The notes: generated from the sequence alone by a model not told the origin. DNA of 63,963 nt, filler included, from Thelocarpon superellum (GCA_026025795.1; 9 parts of 9 records of this genome joined end to end with filler, not necessarily neighbours in it), one strand, 5' to 3'. Numbered from the whole stretch's first letter, positions 1-13,748 are shown. Made by a program: numbers and translations.

Positions 1-331
1 GGTCAATACCATGGGCCGGTACCGCCGAATAACACTGGCAGCTCGAGCATAGTCACCGTGAACATCTCCGCCCCGCCATTCGATCTCCTCTGCACGTCTT
101 CCGCGGACTTCCTCTACATCAGAGCCACGCACGCTCTTACATTCTTTCCTCGCTCCCATCTGCCACCTGGCCATCATCTTCCACGGCTTTCCTCGCGCTA
201 CACGTGGCGAGATCTCAAGGACGTATCCGCAGCTCGCTCTCGTGACCGCCAACGGTGGACCCCCTCATCTCCCGTCTCCCATCTCCAACTTCCGGTTCTT
301 GTCGTCCCGACTCGACCCAACGCCTGTGAGC

Positions 332-1143
332 ATGGCCGAACGTATTCTGCTCAACGAGTACAAGACGCTGTCCAAGGAGGCATGGGTCAATATCCAGGTT
401 CGTTTCATGCATGATCTCAGGTCTTGATGACGTCGACTGACCGCCGTGGGCAGCTCAACGAGGAGAACGTGATGAACTGGACGGTCGGTCTGATTGTCTT
501 GAATCCCGACTCGCTCTACCACGGGGGCTACTTCAAAGCCAAGATGTCCTTTCCGAGCAACTATCCCTACTCTCCGCCTGGTCCGTGGCCAATTACCCCC
601 CTGAGACCTCTCGTCTCCCGCTTAACGTCGCCAGGTTTCAAATTCCTCCGGCCGCTCTTCCATCCAAACATCTACGCCGACGGGAAACTGTGCATCTCCA
701 TCCTGCACGCGCCCGGTGACGACGAGATGTCAGGCGAGCTGGCGGCAGAGCGCTGGTCGCCGGCACAACGCGTCGAGTCGGTGCTGATCTCGATCCTGTC
801 GCTCCTTGACGACGCCGAGGTGTCATCACCGGCCAACGTCGACGCGGGCGTCATGCTCCGCAACGATCCAGAGGGGTACAAGGAGAAGGTCAAGCAGGAC
901 GTGCAGGCGAGCAAGCGCGACATTCCCGAGGGATTCGTCATGCCGACGGCCATGTCGGGCACGTCGGGCAAGAACGTCAAAGCGAGCAATGACGACGCAG
1001 AATTCTGGTACGAGTCGGGCGAAGAAGAGGACTTTGGCGGTAGTGACTCGGACGAGGAGATGCAGTATGATGATGAAGATGATGAAGAGGAGGATCGAGA
1101 GAGTGAGGGCGAGGGAGACGGAGAGGAGAGCAAGGTGGATTAG
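332..1143 (+). CDS. CDC34: Ubiquitin-conjugating enzyme E2, Cdc34/Ubc3 type (3 exons; introns 398-453, 581-634)
   Basis: HPNIY..G.LCISILH catalytic motif, acidic loop insertion PGDDEMSGELAAERW and a long acidic C-terminal tail. GT-AG introns join MAERILLNEYK.. to the core. Confidence 0.85.
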
Positions 1144-1187
1144 ACGACGACGTCTTTTCACCACTTACATTTTACATTTCACATTTA

Positions 1188-1230
1188 CTCCCACGACATC
1201 TCCCACGACATCTCCCACGATATCTCCCAC
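1188..1230. repeat. 12-bp tandem repeat (CTCCCACGACAT) about 3.5 copies, in the 3' UTR
   Basis: Seen directly in the sequence. Confidence 0.7.
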
Positions 1231-1615
1231 TCGTCACGTCTCCCAGACGTCACATTTCCCATTTCTAGCATAGCCCAGTCCGTCATTCCGCTTCATTCAG
1301 AGACCCTACATAGGATGGATAGGTTCAGGGTGGGATGGGATGGGATGGGATGGGGCAGAACGAAGTGAGCATGAAGACCATCGAGCAAGCAAGCAAGCAA
1401 GCGGGCGGCCGGGGAACCTGATTTCTGACTACAGGTCAAGATCACTTGAATGCTTCACCACTACTTTAATTTACTGGACACTTTTACTCGGAAAAGATAT
1501 CCCGATGATTGAATGATTGAATGATTGAATGCGAGAAGAAGTTCACAACGCCCTCGCTATGCAAGCGTGTATCTAAAGAATTCTGAAGACACGCGACATG
1601 GAAGTAGAAGAGACG

Positions 1616-4577
1616 TTACAAGACCATGCGCGTCTCTTCTTCGCTCTCCGTGCCCGTGCCCGTGCCCGTGCCCGTGCCCATGCCGGTGTCGGTGCTCAAG
1701 CGTCGGTATGCCAGACGTGGTGTTCGTACTTCCCCCTCCCTTTCCCCCTCGCCTCCACTCTCTTCCTCTGCTTCTTCTTCTTCTCCGTCTGGGTGCATGG
1801 CACTACCACGCTCACTTTCCGAGCGCGCAGAGAGCGACAGCGGTGTCGGAGGCGACAATTCAGGCGTTGGGGAGTGCAGTGCCATTTCCGTTCCTGCTCC
1901 TGTCCTCGTCCCCATTCCTGCGTCGGTCCCCGTCCATGTCTCCGCCGTTCCGGTAGTGGAGGTCTGCGATGCCTGAGACTGCGTGGACTGTATTGATTGC
2001 GTGGACTGGTGTCGTTGATGGCGCGGATGATGTCGATTATGATCATGACCATGATTTGGGTTATGATGGTGGCGATGGTGATGAGATGGTGACTGGGACG
2101 CAGAGTGGGAAGTGGCGTCCCGTATCTCGTTCGCGTCGTGTTCTTCCCACGACGACGTGGGCCGAGTGGAAGGCGGACTACGGTCGGGACTCTCAAAGGG
2201 AAACTTGAACGAGCTGGACGACCGAGGTAGATGCAACATCGTCTGCAGCGACGACAGGGGCACCGGCATATCTGAATATGCGCCCGTCGTGCCCGAGGTC
2301 GAGGTGAGCGTCGTCCGCGAGAAGATGAGTAGAGCAATGCAGAGGAGCAGCAGGACAGACTGCACAATCGACATGCGTTTCTGGAAGATGACCTCGTCCG
2401 CGAGAATGCCCAGTCGTGCCGTCACTGCCAGGATCTCGCGCTGGGTTTGCTCGCGCTGCGTCTCGAGTTCGATGATGGTGGATTGCCAGATCTGATCATA
2501 TTGCTGTCTCTGTGACGTATCAGTCACGGCCCTCCCTGACTGGGTGGTTTGGGAGACGTACGAATCCACGAAGTTCAGTCAGTACCGTGGCGTTCAGGTT
2601 CTCGAGAAAGGTCGTTGTCTTGGCCAACTGTCGTTTCTCCACCTTGGTGAAGGCGTCGCGGAGGATGCGCGACTGCTCTTCAATGTACTGCAGGGACAGG
2701 GTGGAGTTGGACTCGAGGAGTTGCAGGCGCTTGTGGATCGTCTTGAAGAAGCTCTCCTGCGTCGTCGGCATGGCTGACGGAGGCTGCGTGCTGGACGAGG
2801 ATACCTTGGTCGTCGATTCAGCTACATCGCTGCTAGGAGCCTTGGGCGTGCTCTTGGCTTCCGTCGATGATGGGGGTCCGGTGTCCGTGGAGTCATTGCC
2901 GGCTCCTCTGCCCGACCCGTCAACCACCGAGGTGGGAAGGGGGTCAGGATTCGAGGTTTGCAGCATCGTCGTGTTGACCGAGACCACCACTGTGCTCGTC
3001 CGGATGGTCGGAGTCGATGCGTGTGTGTCGGACGAGATTCCCTCGTGCGGAGGACAGAGCGGGAGTGGCGCGGAGAAGATGTGATGTGCTGGATCCTCCG
3101 AAAGCAGGCATGTATCTCCAGCCACCGTTCGATTGGCCGCTGGGAGCTCTGGGGGCTCCACGTTGCGCGTTCCCAGCACCATTCCCGCCACTTCATCGTG
3201 GATTGGCTGCTGGGACGGCTCCAGGATCTCTGGACCGGTCTTGTTCTCCGATGCCCGTTCCTCCTCTTCACTCTCATCATCATCAATCTCTTCCTCGCCC
3301 CGCGCCGTATCACTGCCGTGTCGAAACTCCTCCATCATCGTCGTGCCGTGGACCCGCAGCAGACTGACAGGACAGTAGTATTCGTTGCCGAAGTGGGTCA
3401 AGAACTCGATCCGCAGATATTTGGCCCAGATTAACGGGCTCTCCACCAAGAAAGCCTGCACCTCCCGACTGTTCCGCGCCTCAAAGGTGCCCAGGTCGCG
3501 CCAGCGATCCATCTTCACCGGGTATCGGTCGGAGACGCTGACGCGAAAGGTGCGGAACATGGAGCTGAAGAACTCAAAGTTGGCCAGCACCACGGTGTCG
3601 ACAAGGATGATGTCACAGAGCTCGACGACGACAAACTTGTTCTCCGCCGAGCACTCGTCCAGCAGGTAGCTGTCCTTGTTCTCCACCAGGATCGACGACG
3701 AGCTCTGACACTGTGGGTTCGTCTTCAGCACCGTCGCCGCGCAGTCAAAGGAGGCGTAGTTGAACCGTTCATTGCACGTCTTGCCCGCGTCTTCGCTCCG
3801 TAGCCGTGCCTGTGGCGGAAGTCCCGTACCCGCCGCCTGCTCCGCCGTCTCGCCCTCATGGCGACCCTCGTCGCTCCGGCCGCCACGCTTCCACTCTGAC
3901 GCGGCTTCTTCCGGTCCGTCCGAGCCCGGCGTTGGGCCGACGAAGCCGCGAAAGTCCAGCTCGATCTCGGCGTCGTCGCCCAAGGCGTCGAGCGCGTTGG
4001 CTATGCTTCCCGGCCGGCGTCGCGCCTGGGCCGCCGACGCCGACCGCTTCTCCTCCAGGTCGGCGGATTGCCCCGCCCGCGCCAGATTCTGCTTCTTCCA
4101 TTCCTCAAAGGAGAGGAAGTCGGCATCGTCAAAGGGCGACTCGGCCTCGACCTCACCATCCGTCACGACGGGGGCAGAGGACGCCGTCGAGCTCGCGGGG
4201 GAAGCGCCCGTGCTGGTCGAGGTCTCAGCCTGCTCGGTGGTCTGACTCGAGCTACCGCTGCTCGAGCCGGAGACGTCGGGCATGCTCGAATGTGGTGTCT
4301 GCTCGTCGGATGGGCTCTCCACGGCCGTCGGGGAGACCTCGGGAAATGCGGCGCCCGGGGCGGTCGGACCGGTCCGCGTCTGCGCGAGGCATTGCTGTGG
4401 CAAGGAATGGGTGATGTAATTGATGGTGCGTGATTGACAGGTAGATGGTGCGACGGGATCGATGAAGCTCGTCGCCGTGACGCTGGTCATCGTCGTCGAG
4501 CGTGAGACAGCCGACGCGAGTACACCGAACAGGAGGAGGCGGATGGGACGGGAGCGGTGGAGATGATTCCAGGCCAT
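1616..4577 (-). CDS. SLP1: Mid-SUN domain ER membrane protein, Slp1 type (intron 2510-2561)
   Basis: ERFNYASFDCAATVLKTN..ENKDSYLL..VELCD..ANFEFFSS..YYCPVSLLRVHG SUN domain, QESFFKTIHKRLQLLESNSTLSLQYIEEQS coiled coil and a C-terminal TM helix. ATG at 4577. Confidence 0.9.
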
Positions 4578-5047
4578 GGTGGAAGCATCGCGGAGATGCT
4601 CTCGGCCACTCTCCGGCTCCCAGCGAGGATTCGAACGATGCAGTGGAGGGGGGAAAGGCTGGGATGCTTGACTGGATGGCGATGTGATGCTACTTCGACC
4701 ACGACGACGTACGGTACTTCGTACGGTGGTGCACAGCTGGGATGCTCGAATAGAGTTCAACCACCGACGCTCATCGTCCTCGATCCCTCTCGAGTGACAT
4801 TAGCCGTCGCTCCCCCCTCATGACAGACGGCGCCACTGCACATCATCCACCGCCAGACCTGGTGGTGCGACATGGAGATTGGGGGCTGTGAGTAGCATTG
4901 GAGCTCACGCTGCTACGCAAGTGCAGCTCAAGGTGCTACATGATTGGAGGTGCTCCCGTCCAACTCAGCGCAAGCGTCGGGATGTTGGGGATAACTCTGT
5001 ACTCAGATCAATACAATTGGCTCCCGCCCGGTTCGCTACCTTGTACT

Positions 5048-5092
5048 TGCTGCCTCTCATGCTGCCTCTCACGCTGCCTCTCATGCTGCCTG
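5048..5092. repeat. 12-bp tandem repeat (TGCTGCCTCTCA) about 3.5 copies
   Basis: Seen directly in the sequence. Confidence 0.65.
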
Positions 5093-5254
5093 CTCCTGCT
5101 ACTCTAAATCCTTCCTACCGATCCTTGCCACGACGCGGACTGCCAGGTGATTCACCTTGTCCCCGAGAAGTCAGGCAGCGGAGCGGACGCGGGTCCATCT
5201 CTTACCACGGTCATCTTGACTCGCGTTAGCATCTCACAATCCACCCGCCGCAAA

Positions 5255-7593
5255 TTACGCTATCGGCTGAGTCTCTCGTGTCAACCAACTCATGGCGATT
5301 GCATCATGCTCTAGGTACGGCCGAGTCTTGGTCAGAATCTCGGCGTGGTATGAGTTGAGCCACGCCTTCTCCTTGGCCGTCAAAAGCTGCTCGTCGATCA
5401 ACTTGCGACACATGGGGACCATGGTCACATGCTCGAAGCAGAGATACGGCTTGTCGCCGAACTGGTGCGTCGTCTCGGCCTCCTTGGCCATGATGATGTC
5501 TGTTCCACATGAGCGTCGGCCACCTCCATCTCAGGCCGAACCGGACTCACTCTCGATCCGGATCCCAAACAGCCCGTCTTCGTAGTAGCCCGGCTCTGCA
5601 TGTTGGGTCAGCGTAGTCTAGTCCCCGAGCAGCAGGCCACTCACCGTCCGAGAGCACGTTCCCTGCTGAGAGGGAGATCTCCGAGTACTGAATCCGCGTG
5701 CCCACGCCGATCGGCCCTTCATGAACGTTCTGCAGCATCTTAGTCGGGCTCACGGCCACCACGGGTCACCAGATCCTACCAGGTACGATCCCACCCCATG
5801 ACCGGTACCGTGTCGGTAGTCCAAGCCCTCCTCCCAGAGGAACTGACGGGCCAGGGTATCCAAGGCAAAGCCACTGGTCCCTTTCGGGAAGATGGCCCGG
5901 TCAAGAGCGATGTTGCCTTTCAGCACCAGCGTGTATGCCTTGCGCTCCATCTCAGTTGGCGAGGTAAAGTGAAGGGTGCGGGTGGTGTCGGTGGTGCCAT
6001 CATAGTACTGCGCGCCCGAGTCGCACAGATAGACGGCGCCTGGGTCGATGATGGAGCAGTTGCCGGGCTCGGGCTTGTAGTGGATCACCGCCGCATTGGC
6101 TCCCGTGGAGGATATGGTGTCAAAGGAGAGGCCTACAAAGTGTTGATGTTTCCTGTCGCCACGTCAATCCACACGCTCACCCTCCTCTAGGGAGGAACAC
6201 AGACGATCGGATCTGTTCGAGCTTATCCGCCGCCTGGACCTCGTCGAGTGTCGCCTTCTTCTCCAGCAGCTCATGTTCCAGCCAGGCAAAGTATTCACTC
6301 AAGGCCGCGCCGTCGCGAACGTGGCACGCACGCATGCCCGCCAGCTCCGTCTCGTTCTTGACCGATTTGGCGTCGCCGATGGGACTTCGCACTTCCTCAA
6401 CCCGGTCCTCCCCACCCAACGCCTTGCTCAGCGCCCACGACGTCTTGTTGGAGACGAGGTACTTGGTCCGCCCCGTTGATGTTTCCGCTGTCGGGTCGCC
6501 CGCGGCGGCGGCGAGGGACTCGCCCAAGACCCGGACATCCTCCAAGATGTTCTCGTATGGTCGGATGGCGACGGCGCTGCCCAGATGCGCACGCACACTG
6601 TCCGTCACTTTGTGCGCGTCGGCGTACAACGTGGCGTCGGAGGGCGTCACAACGGCAAAGGAGAAGAAGACCGGATTGTAGGGGATACTGGAGGACCAAT
6701 CAGCCAGGTCCACAGCCTCCCAACGCCCAGTCATACTCGTTCCCGCGAAGATTGAAGAGCCAGGCAATTTCGTCGAGCAGGCCTGGGCGTGCGTGAGTCA
6801 GTCGGACATGGATGCAGTGGGGTTTGGGAGACTAGGACGGACAAACGATGAAGCCGGCGCTCTTCTTCTTATTCAGCTCCCTCCGGAGATCCTCGAGCTT
6901 CTCCTCGAATTTCTTGCCCGCGAATTCAACGCCCAACACCTTGATCGGCTCATTCGGTCGTGCCGGGCGGCTAGCGCCCCAGACGTGATCGACGAGATTC
7001 TCCTGCACGCCCACCAGATCGCCGCCGCCATGCTTTTTGATCTTGTCGGACAATTTCCGTGCATCCGCTTCGTACCGTCAGCATCAGGCTGTTCGTCGGT
7101 ACGCAATGGAGGGCTCACGCGCGGTGATGACGCTTGGATCTACCCCGACCACCTTGCCCGCTTCCGACTGCTCCGCCGTCCTGGGCCCCGTCAGCGCTCC
7201 GGTACCCGAACCGGCCCGGGCGTAGTGCTACCGACCACTCCTGCCACGTGGGCACATCCTGCATGCCTTGTTTCAAGAGTGTCCAGTTGCTGTCCAGCTG
7301 ATGTTCGGCTTGATTGAAGTATCGTCCGTCCGTCGACAAGGCCGCCTTATCGAGGGTAATGACTGCGCAGCCGGCGGAGCCCGAGAAGCCGGAGATATAC
7401 TCTAACAAGACATCAGCACCAGGCGCCGCGCCCGCCGGCGACACCCTGACCTCGACGCCCGTCGCACGGCGCAATGTACTCTGATTGATGCCCATCTTCT
7501 GAGGGAACCACTGCCGCCGGGTCAGCGCCAATGGACCTCGCACGTCGAGGAGGACCGTGACATACCATACACGTCCACCTTGTGCTGTTTCAT
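5255..7593 (-). CDS. ampp: Xaa-Pro aminopeptidase P (M24B), multi-exon, 5' end truncated by the contig edge
   Basis: [62 protein letters not shown] and EPGYYEDG motifs spread over spliced exons. Confidence 0.92.
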
Positions 7594-7693
7594 NNNNNNN
7601 NNNNNNNNNNNNNNNNNNNNNNNNNNNNNNNNNNNNNTTAATTAATTAANNNNNNNNNNNNNNNNNNNNNNNNNNNNNNNNNNNNNNNNNNNN
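7594..7693. other. Artificial contig linker N44-TTAATTAATTAA-N44 (also at 15244-15343, 22872-22971, 30403-30502, 37933-38032, 45411-45510, 52864-52963, 60298-60397)
   Basis: Identical 100-nt spacer with stops in all six frames. Genes are cut at several of these edges and do not continue on the other side. Confidence 0.98.
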
Positions 7694-10600
7694 GCTGCGT
7701 GGACGAGGGCATCAGCGCAAGCTCATTGGCCGCGTTGACGGAGCCCACTTCAACCCCATCGGCAGTGTTCGTTGCTAACAGACACAATTAAGGTGTCAAG
7801 GCCGACGGCCCTGCATGGCGACCCCATCCTTTCACTCGTTCGTGGGTGGTAGCGTGGAGTTGGCGCGCCGCCGAGCCGTACTCGGAGAGAGCAATCGAGC
7901 AGATGATGCATGGAAGCTGCCGACCGGAGCGTGCAGCGCCTGCATCGCCTGCACCCCCCAGCTGCAGGAGGCTGCGTCCGAACTCGAGCATCCTGGCGAG
8001 CTGCATCGTCCACGCCCCCTAACGCTATGGAGACTGGCCTTCGCCCTCCGTCGGCCAGGAGGCCCTCGGATCCGGGGAGGCTCGCCGAACTTAGGGGCTC
8101 GGTCAGGGTCCAAGGTGCGGAGATGGTCCAGCGCACACCACCTACGCCGTTTCCCACGGGCGCTCGTGGAGAAGAAGCGCATACGTAAAATGAGCACGAC
8201 GTCGACAGTCTCGCAAGCGAGGCGGCCGACGGACCGGCCGGGGGGGTGGGACGCAAAGAGTGGGGGTCGATCATCTGCTCTCTCTCCGCGCGAGCGCGCT
8301 CCCTCTCGCTTGGGTTGTCTGGTCGCGGTCGCGGTCGCAGTCGCGGCGGGCAATGGGCAGTGGGCGGTGCGCTCCGCCGAGTTCGCTGCGGTGTTCGGGA
8401 GCTGGTGTTGGCGGCGTGACTGGACGACTTGGCACGCTCGTCTACCCCCTCCAACCGATTTGGCCCGAAGCACAGGCCAAGCACCCTCGGAAGAAAGAGT
8501 GAGGTCCGGCGACGGATCGGAAGAAGTAGGGACGCCACATGCTCAGCCAGCTGCCATCATGATCCACCCACACCGGCGGCGTGTCCCCCGTTGGAGGCGT
8601 GCGCGACAAAGACGTCAGTGGCCCGGTTTCACCAACGGGCACAGTACTACCTTACTGCATGGCACCGCGTGGCGAGCGATGTGGAGGAAGGATATCGTGA
8701 CTACAATGTTCTCCCATCGCCTCGCCGTGGTCTCGCCTGCCTCCCCCCTCGCTGCCAGTCGTCGCTCGCCGACGCTGCTGGTGAGGATGCCACTGGCGCG
8801 CAAGCGGAACACTTGCGTCCCTGGCCAGAGCGGAAGTGCATGATGGGGTTCGTTCCATTCCTGCACGGCACACTAAGGCGCTGCTCCAGGAAGTAGTCGA
8901 AAGCTTTTTCTGGCTGGGAGCGCTGGGTAGCGTCGGTCAGAGTCTGCGCTCCTACTCCATCTTCCCTGTCCATTCTGCGAGCCATCCGCAACTCTCCTCT
9001 ACCAGTTGCCTGCACTGGAAACACCCGCGACCACCTACTCACCAACCTTTCGGTCCTCGACACGAACATGCGTGGTCTCCTCCCGTCGCACCACGCCTCG
9101 TACTGGTGTGCTTCAGCGGACCGCTGTGGCCGGTGGCCGTCTCGGCCCTCTGGTCAGCATGGTTGGCCCCCCTTCGCAAGGCGCGAGGCGCGTGGCGATA
9201 GGCGAGCCGGGTCACCACCATCGTCATCTGGTCGCCCGCAGCGCCTTCGGAGGCGCCCGCGCGCGTCATGGCCGTGGTCGAGGCACATCCGTACGCCTAC
9301 CGGGCACCGGAGGCCCCGCGAGAGACACGATGACGAGCGTTGGGAGGGTGTTATAAGCATGGAGATCTGATATGAGCAAATCGTCTCTCTCTTCGATCAA
9401 TGATGTAATTTGGAGAACTGGCCTTCGGCATGCGTTACGCCTGTCGTGGCTGGGTCCCGATCGAAGTGCGCTCTAGGCTTCGGAGGGGTTGGGATTTGGA
9501 GCAACCATGGGGTGGCCCCTCGTAGGCGCAACAGCTGCCAGGCATGCCCGTACGTTATGTGGGGTCCGGAGGCCCCAGGTTAACTCCACAAGGGCCCTCC
9601 TTCGCACTTCAACCTGGTCGCGCGCAACGCGCCGGGGCTGCCCTCTGGGCGAGAGAGGCGAGCCACCACCATCCCCTGCCGGACTACTGCAACGGTTCGA
9701 GTCTTCCTTCACCTCCCCTTGCCAAAGCATGCCCACGTTCGAACTCCCGCATGCATCACGCAGGCCCCCATCCAGGGCCAACGTCGTCCTCGACCTGGTC
9801 CGTGGCCGCCACCGTTGCCATCGTCCCCTCGACCGTATACTGCTTTCCCTCACACCTGCAGACTGACTCTCCCTTCGCGCCTACACTACTCTGCTACCAG
9901 GACATGCGCCCGCACCAAGCCTTGAACGTAGAAGCACCCTTGGATACCGTCTCGGTAGCAGTACATGCAGCCGTCGTCCGATGGAAAGACTATGCCCACG
10001 CTACTGCTACGAGAGACCCTTCCTCACCCACGACCCATCGCCCAATGCGAAGTAGACCAACCCCCAGCAGCGCGCATTACCGTGCGCTGACTCGTGCTGG
10101 ACCGGCCACTTAGTGTTGAAGCCCCCCACCATGTCATTTCGCCCATCCCGCCGGACCCCCCCCGTTTCCCATCCTCTGGATCTAGCCATCCACCGAGGCT
10201 GCGAGATTACAGCGCCCAGCGTCACCGTCCACTCGCGTCTCGACGACCGCTCCGTGACCCCCTCCACCCACCCCCCCCTCCATCTTTCCCCATCCTTGCG
10301 CGGACCGCCGCCGCGACCTCGCTGGGGTCTTCTTACCTGCGCACGCCGTCCGCCGGCTCGACCGACCGTGCGCTACTGACGACAGAGGTCCCGTTGGTGC
10401 CCGCCGGGCCTGCACTCCACGCACGGGTACATCGCACCTACATGCGGATCCACCACCACCACCACCACTGCCATCGGAGAAGACTGCCGCCACGACGTCT
10501 CCCTCCACTACTCGCGCTCCACCACTCCACTCCTGGTCCTCGCCACGATCCGTCGTGTTCCTCTCTCCTTCGCCGCGCGCGCCCCTCCCCCGAAAGCAAA

Positions 10601-10754
10601 ACGCTCTGGGCTCTCGGCCGACACACCCTGGACCGACCAATCGACTGAACTGACTGGCCGAGAAGCGAGCCCCGACGCCGGCCGTGACGATCCCCACCCG
10701 GCGCACGACTGCTGCGCGCGCGCACCCTCGCTCCCCGGCCCTCGCCCCCCGGTG

Positions 10755-13748
10755 ATGGATGGCGCCCTACACCAGGAGCGTGGGGGAGGTCCACCTGCCC
10801 AGGCCCTCTCCACAAATGCCAAGGCCAAGATTCTGGAGCAGAGGCACAGCGGGCTACGTTCGCTGACCACCTTCGACCCTTCGCCGTCCCATGTGCCTCC
10901 GCCCTCTTCGTCCGCCTCCTCATCGTCCGCCATCACCCCGGCCTCGTCTCTTCCTCACCCTTCGTCGCCCTCTCAGCACGCCCCGCCGTCGAGGAAGAGT
11001 GGGATGAGGGCCGACGCCTCCGACGTCAAACTGGATCTCCTGGCCGCCAACAACGTCGCGCGTGAAGAGGTCCTTCGACATTCCCTCTTCCCCACCTGGA
11101 GGCATGATGCCGTCGTCGACGATCTCGACAGTCCGGCTGAGATGCAGAAGAAGGACCCCCTAGCGGCGCAGATCTGGAAGCTGTACAGCCGGACCAAGAC
11201 CCAATTGCCCAACCAGGAGCGCGTGGAGAATCTCACCTGGCGGATGATGGCCATGAGCCTGCGTCGTCGGGAACGAGAACAGATCCGGTGGGAGCAAGAT
11301 GGACATGATGGAGCGGAGCCGGCTGGACTAACGACCACCAGGCTGTCACGGCAGAAGAACACGTCCGCCACCAGCGCTCCAAGTGGCATCGCGCAGCTGC
11401 GGAGGTCCGGCGACCCCAGCGCCTCTCCCTCGGCAGATCTCATGAACCTAGACGACTTCATCTTCCCCTCATCCATTGCGTCCCCGACCGGCGTTTCCCC
11501 CACCTCCCCGGCCCCGGACTCCTGCACGATGTCGTCCAACGCCCTGGCGACGGCCATCCCCATCAAGGCCAAGGACACGCGCCAACTGCCCCAGGCCGAC
11601 CTCCCTCCGGCCTCGGCCCCGGTGCCGCCGCCGACACGGCAGAGCGGCGGTGAATTTGCTTACGTTCAGCGGCACGTCCGGAAGACCAGCATCGACGAAC
11701 GACGAGTCAGTCATGAGCTTTCTTCATCGGCCGATCGCGCTAATGGTGATGATCAGCCCCGCAAACGACCCGCCAACTTCTCCCCCCAGGTGCCCGCCGT
11801 GGGCCACATCGTCATGCCAGGCGACTCTCAGGCCGAGGTCGAGTTGAACAACTACTCTCTCGATCACAACGGGCCTCTTCCGTTGCGTCAGGCGGACGCT
11901 CAGGTACATGCGCATGCCCCCTTTCATTTCGATTCGTTCGATGTCAACCATGATCCTATCATCACTTCGGCCGGACCGTACCAACAGCACTTTCCCTTCT
12001 CGCCCCACCAGTCGCCCCTCGTCACGCACGGTCCCTTTTCTTCGGTCTATCATGGACCAACGGGCGGTCCAGCGTCGCTCACATCGGCCGAGTATTACTC
12101 TCCCTCGGGTTCGGCTCATCCCTCCACCGTCTCGACCCCGCAACCCATCACGGAGGGCGAGCAAATGTTCTTCAATCCGACCGCCATCGACCTCAAGACG
12201 CACCAGCCCATGTCCAAATACCCTCACTCCCGTCCCCTTACCCTGACCAATACCATGACGCCGCACTACATCTACAACCCGAACAGCGAGTCTCTCTTCA
12301 GTGGAGTCAGTGGGGTCAACAGCGTCAGCCCGGCCTCGGCGTTTCCATCACCGGGCTATGGGATGCAACAGCACGTCAATCCTTCGCAGGTGCTGCAGCA
12401 AAGCTATGCTACCTCGAACCGCTCCTCCGACACGCATCTGTCACGGAATGAGCAAGCCTTTGCGTTTGGAGCCGACTCCGACAATGAGGACGAGGACGGC
12501 ATCGCCTTCCCCGACCGGACGATGACGATGCCCACAGACTTCTCGTCCATGGAGGAGACGTCTTACGATCTCCAATCAGGTCTGCAGTGGGAAACCAGCC
12601 TCCCCACCCAAATCAACACGATCGCAGCACGCTATCCGGCCGGTCCCCCGCGTAAGCAGGTGACCATCGGTGGGACGGAAACAGTGTCCTCACCCTCGGA
12701 GTGGAGTCAGGTCGGCAGCCTGGGCCGGTCGCATGGTTCCACGGCGTCGGTGAGTGAGGCGAGGAACCGGACTCAGGATTCGCGCAGACAGAAGATCCCC
12801 CGGACGGCGTCGACGCCAAATGCAACACACCTGGCGCAGCAACCCCTGGATCCTCGGGCGCAGTCGAGCCCCAGCTCTCCTCCCGAGTCGGGCCTCAGCT
12901 CTACCACGCCATCGCGACCGAACACCCCAGGCGGCAGCAAAGGCGCCAGCGGTGCTGGAGCCGGCGCTGGAACCGGCACTGCAGCAGGAGCGGGCGTCGG
13001 TGCGGGAGCGGGCGCGGGCGCGGGAGCTGGAAGTGGCGAGCAGAACGGAGTGCCGACGACGTGCACGAATTGCTTTACTCAGACGACTCCGCTGTGGCGA
13101 CGTAACCCAGAGGGCCACCCTCTGTGCAACGCCTGCGGATTGTTCTTGAAGCTTCACGGCGTGGTCCGACCGCTGTCGCTCAAGACCGATGTGATCAAGA
13201 AGCGCAACCGAGGGAGTGGAGGTGCCGCTCCGGTCGGTGCGACCTCGACGCGATCGAAGAAATCGGCGCCACGGAAGAACTCGATTCAGCAAGCCATGGT
13301 CACCTCCCCCACCTCAGCTAAAGCGCAGAGCGCGTATAGCTCAGAGTCCCCGCCCTCGGGGCAAGGCTCGATGCACGATAGCTCGACCGCAGGTAGCACA
13401 CCTTCCAGCAACGCGGCGGTCAACACGAGCACAGGCAACAGCGGCAAGACCGGGGTGGTTCCTATTGCCGCCGCCCCGCCCAAGGCCTCGACCATGTCCG
13501 GGTCGACACCAACCAATCGCACGGCCGTGGCGCCGAAACGGCAACGACGGCAATCGAATGCCGAGCCTGGGCCGGAGATGGAAATGTGGGATGCCGAGGG
13601 ACCAGCAGGGTCCGGGGCTTTTGCGTTGAAAGATGCCTCCCTCGGGACGCTACAGTCTTCTCACCCTCTCATGAACACGATGAGCCCGATCACGTCGGGA
13701 GGAGCTTCAGGGGGCCAAGAGTGGGAGTGGTTGACCATGTCGCTCTAA
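10755..13748 (+). CDS. areA: Nitrogen regulatory GATA transcription factor AreA/NIT2 (introns 11288-11341, 11706-11756)
   Basis: [22 protein letters not shown] motif, RKTSIDE, GATA finger [50 protein letters not shown] and C-terminal EWEWLTMSL. Confidence 0.97.
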   Translation: MDGALHQERGGGPPAQALSTNAKAKILEQRHSGLRSLTTFDPSPSHVPPPSSSASSSSAITPASSLPHPSSPSQHAPPSRKSGMRADASDVKLDLLAANNVAREEVLRHSLFPTWRHDAVVDDLDSPAEMQKKDPLAAQIWKLYSRTKTQLPNQERVENLTWRMMAMSLRRREREQIRWEQDGHDGAEPAGLTTTRLSRQKNTSATSAPSGIAQLRRSGDPSASPSADLMNLDDFIFPSSIASPTGVSPTSPAPDSCTMSSNALATAIPIKAKDTRQLPQADLPPASAPVPPPTRQSGGEFAYVQRHVRKTSIDERRVSHELSSSADRANGDDQPRKRPANFSPQVPAVGHIVMPGDSQAEVELNNYSLDHNGPLPLRQADAQVHAHAPFHFDSFDVNHDPIITSAGPYQQHFPFSPHQSPLVTHGPFSSVYHGPTGGPASLTSAEYYSPSGSAHPSTVSTPQPITEGEQMFFNPTAIDLKTHQPMSKYPHSRPLTLTNTMTPHYIYNPNSESLFSGVSGVNSVSPASAFPSPGYGMQQHVNPSQVLQQSYATSNRSSDTHLSRNEQAFAFGADSDNEDEDGIAFPDRTMTMPTDFSSMEETSYDLQSGLQWETSLPTQINTIAARYPAGPPRKQVTIGGTETVSSPSEWSQVGSLGRSHGSTASVSEARNRTQDSRRQKIPRTASTPNATHLAQQPLDPRAQSSPSSPPESGLSSTTPSRPNTPGGSKGASGAGAGAGTGTAAGAGVGAGAGAGAGAGSGEQNGVPTTCTNCFTQTTPLWRRNPEGHPLCNACGLFLKLHGVVRPLSLKTDVIKKRNRGSGGAAPVGATSTRSKKSAPRKNSIQQAMVTSPTSAKAQSAYSSESPPSGQGSMHDSSTAGSTPSSNAAVNTSTGNSGKTGVVPIAAAPPKASTMSGSTPTNRTAVAPKRQRRQSNAEPGPEMEMWDAEGPAGSGAFALKDASLGTLQSSHPLMNTMSPITSGGASGGQEWEWLTMSL

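Noticed and set aside
7638..7649. TTAATTAATTAA repeated about every 7.5 kb as a biological periodic element
   Set aside because: It is always centred in an N-run and is a synthetic six-frame stop linker.
7750..8843. Long overlapping ORFs (342, 262, 213 aa)
   Set aside because: Arg/Pro/Ala-rich with no motifs, as expected by chance in GC-rich DNA.
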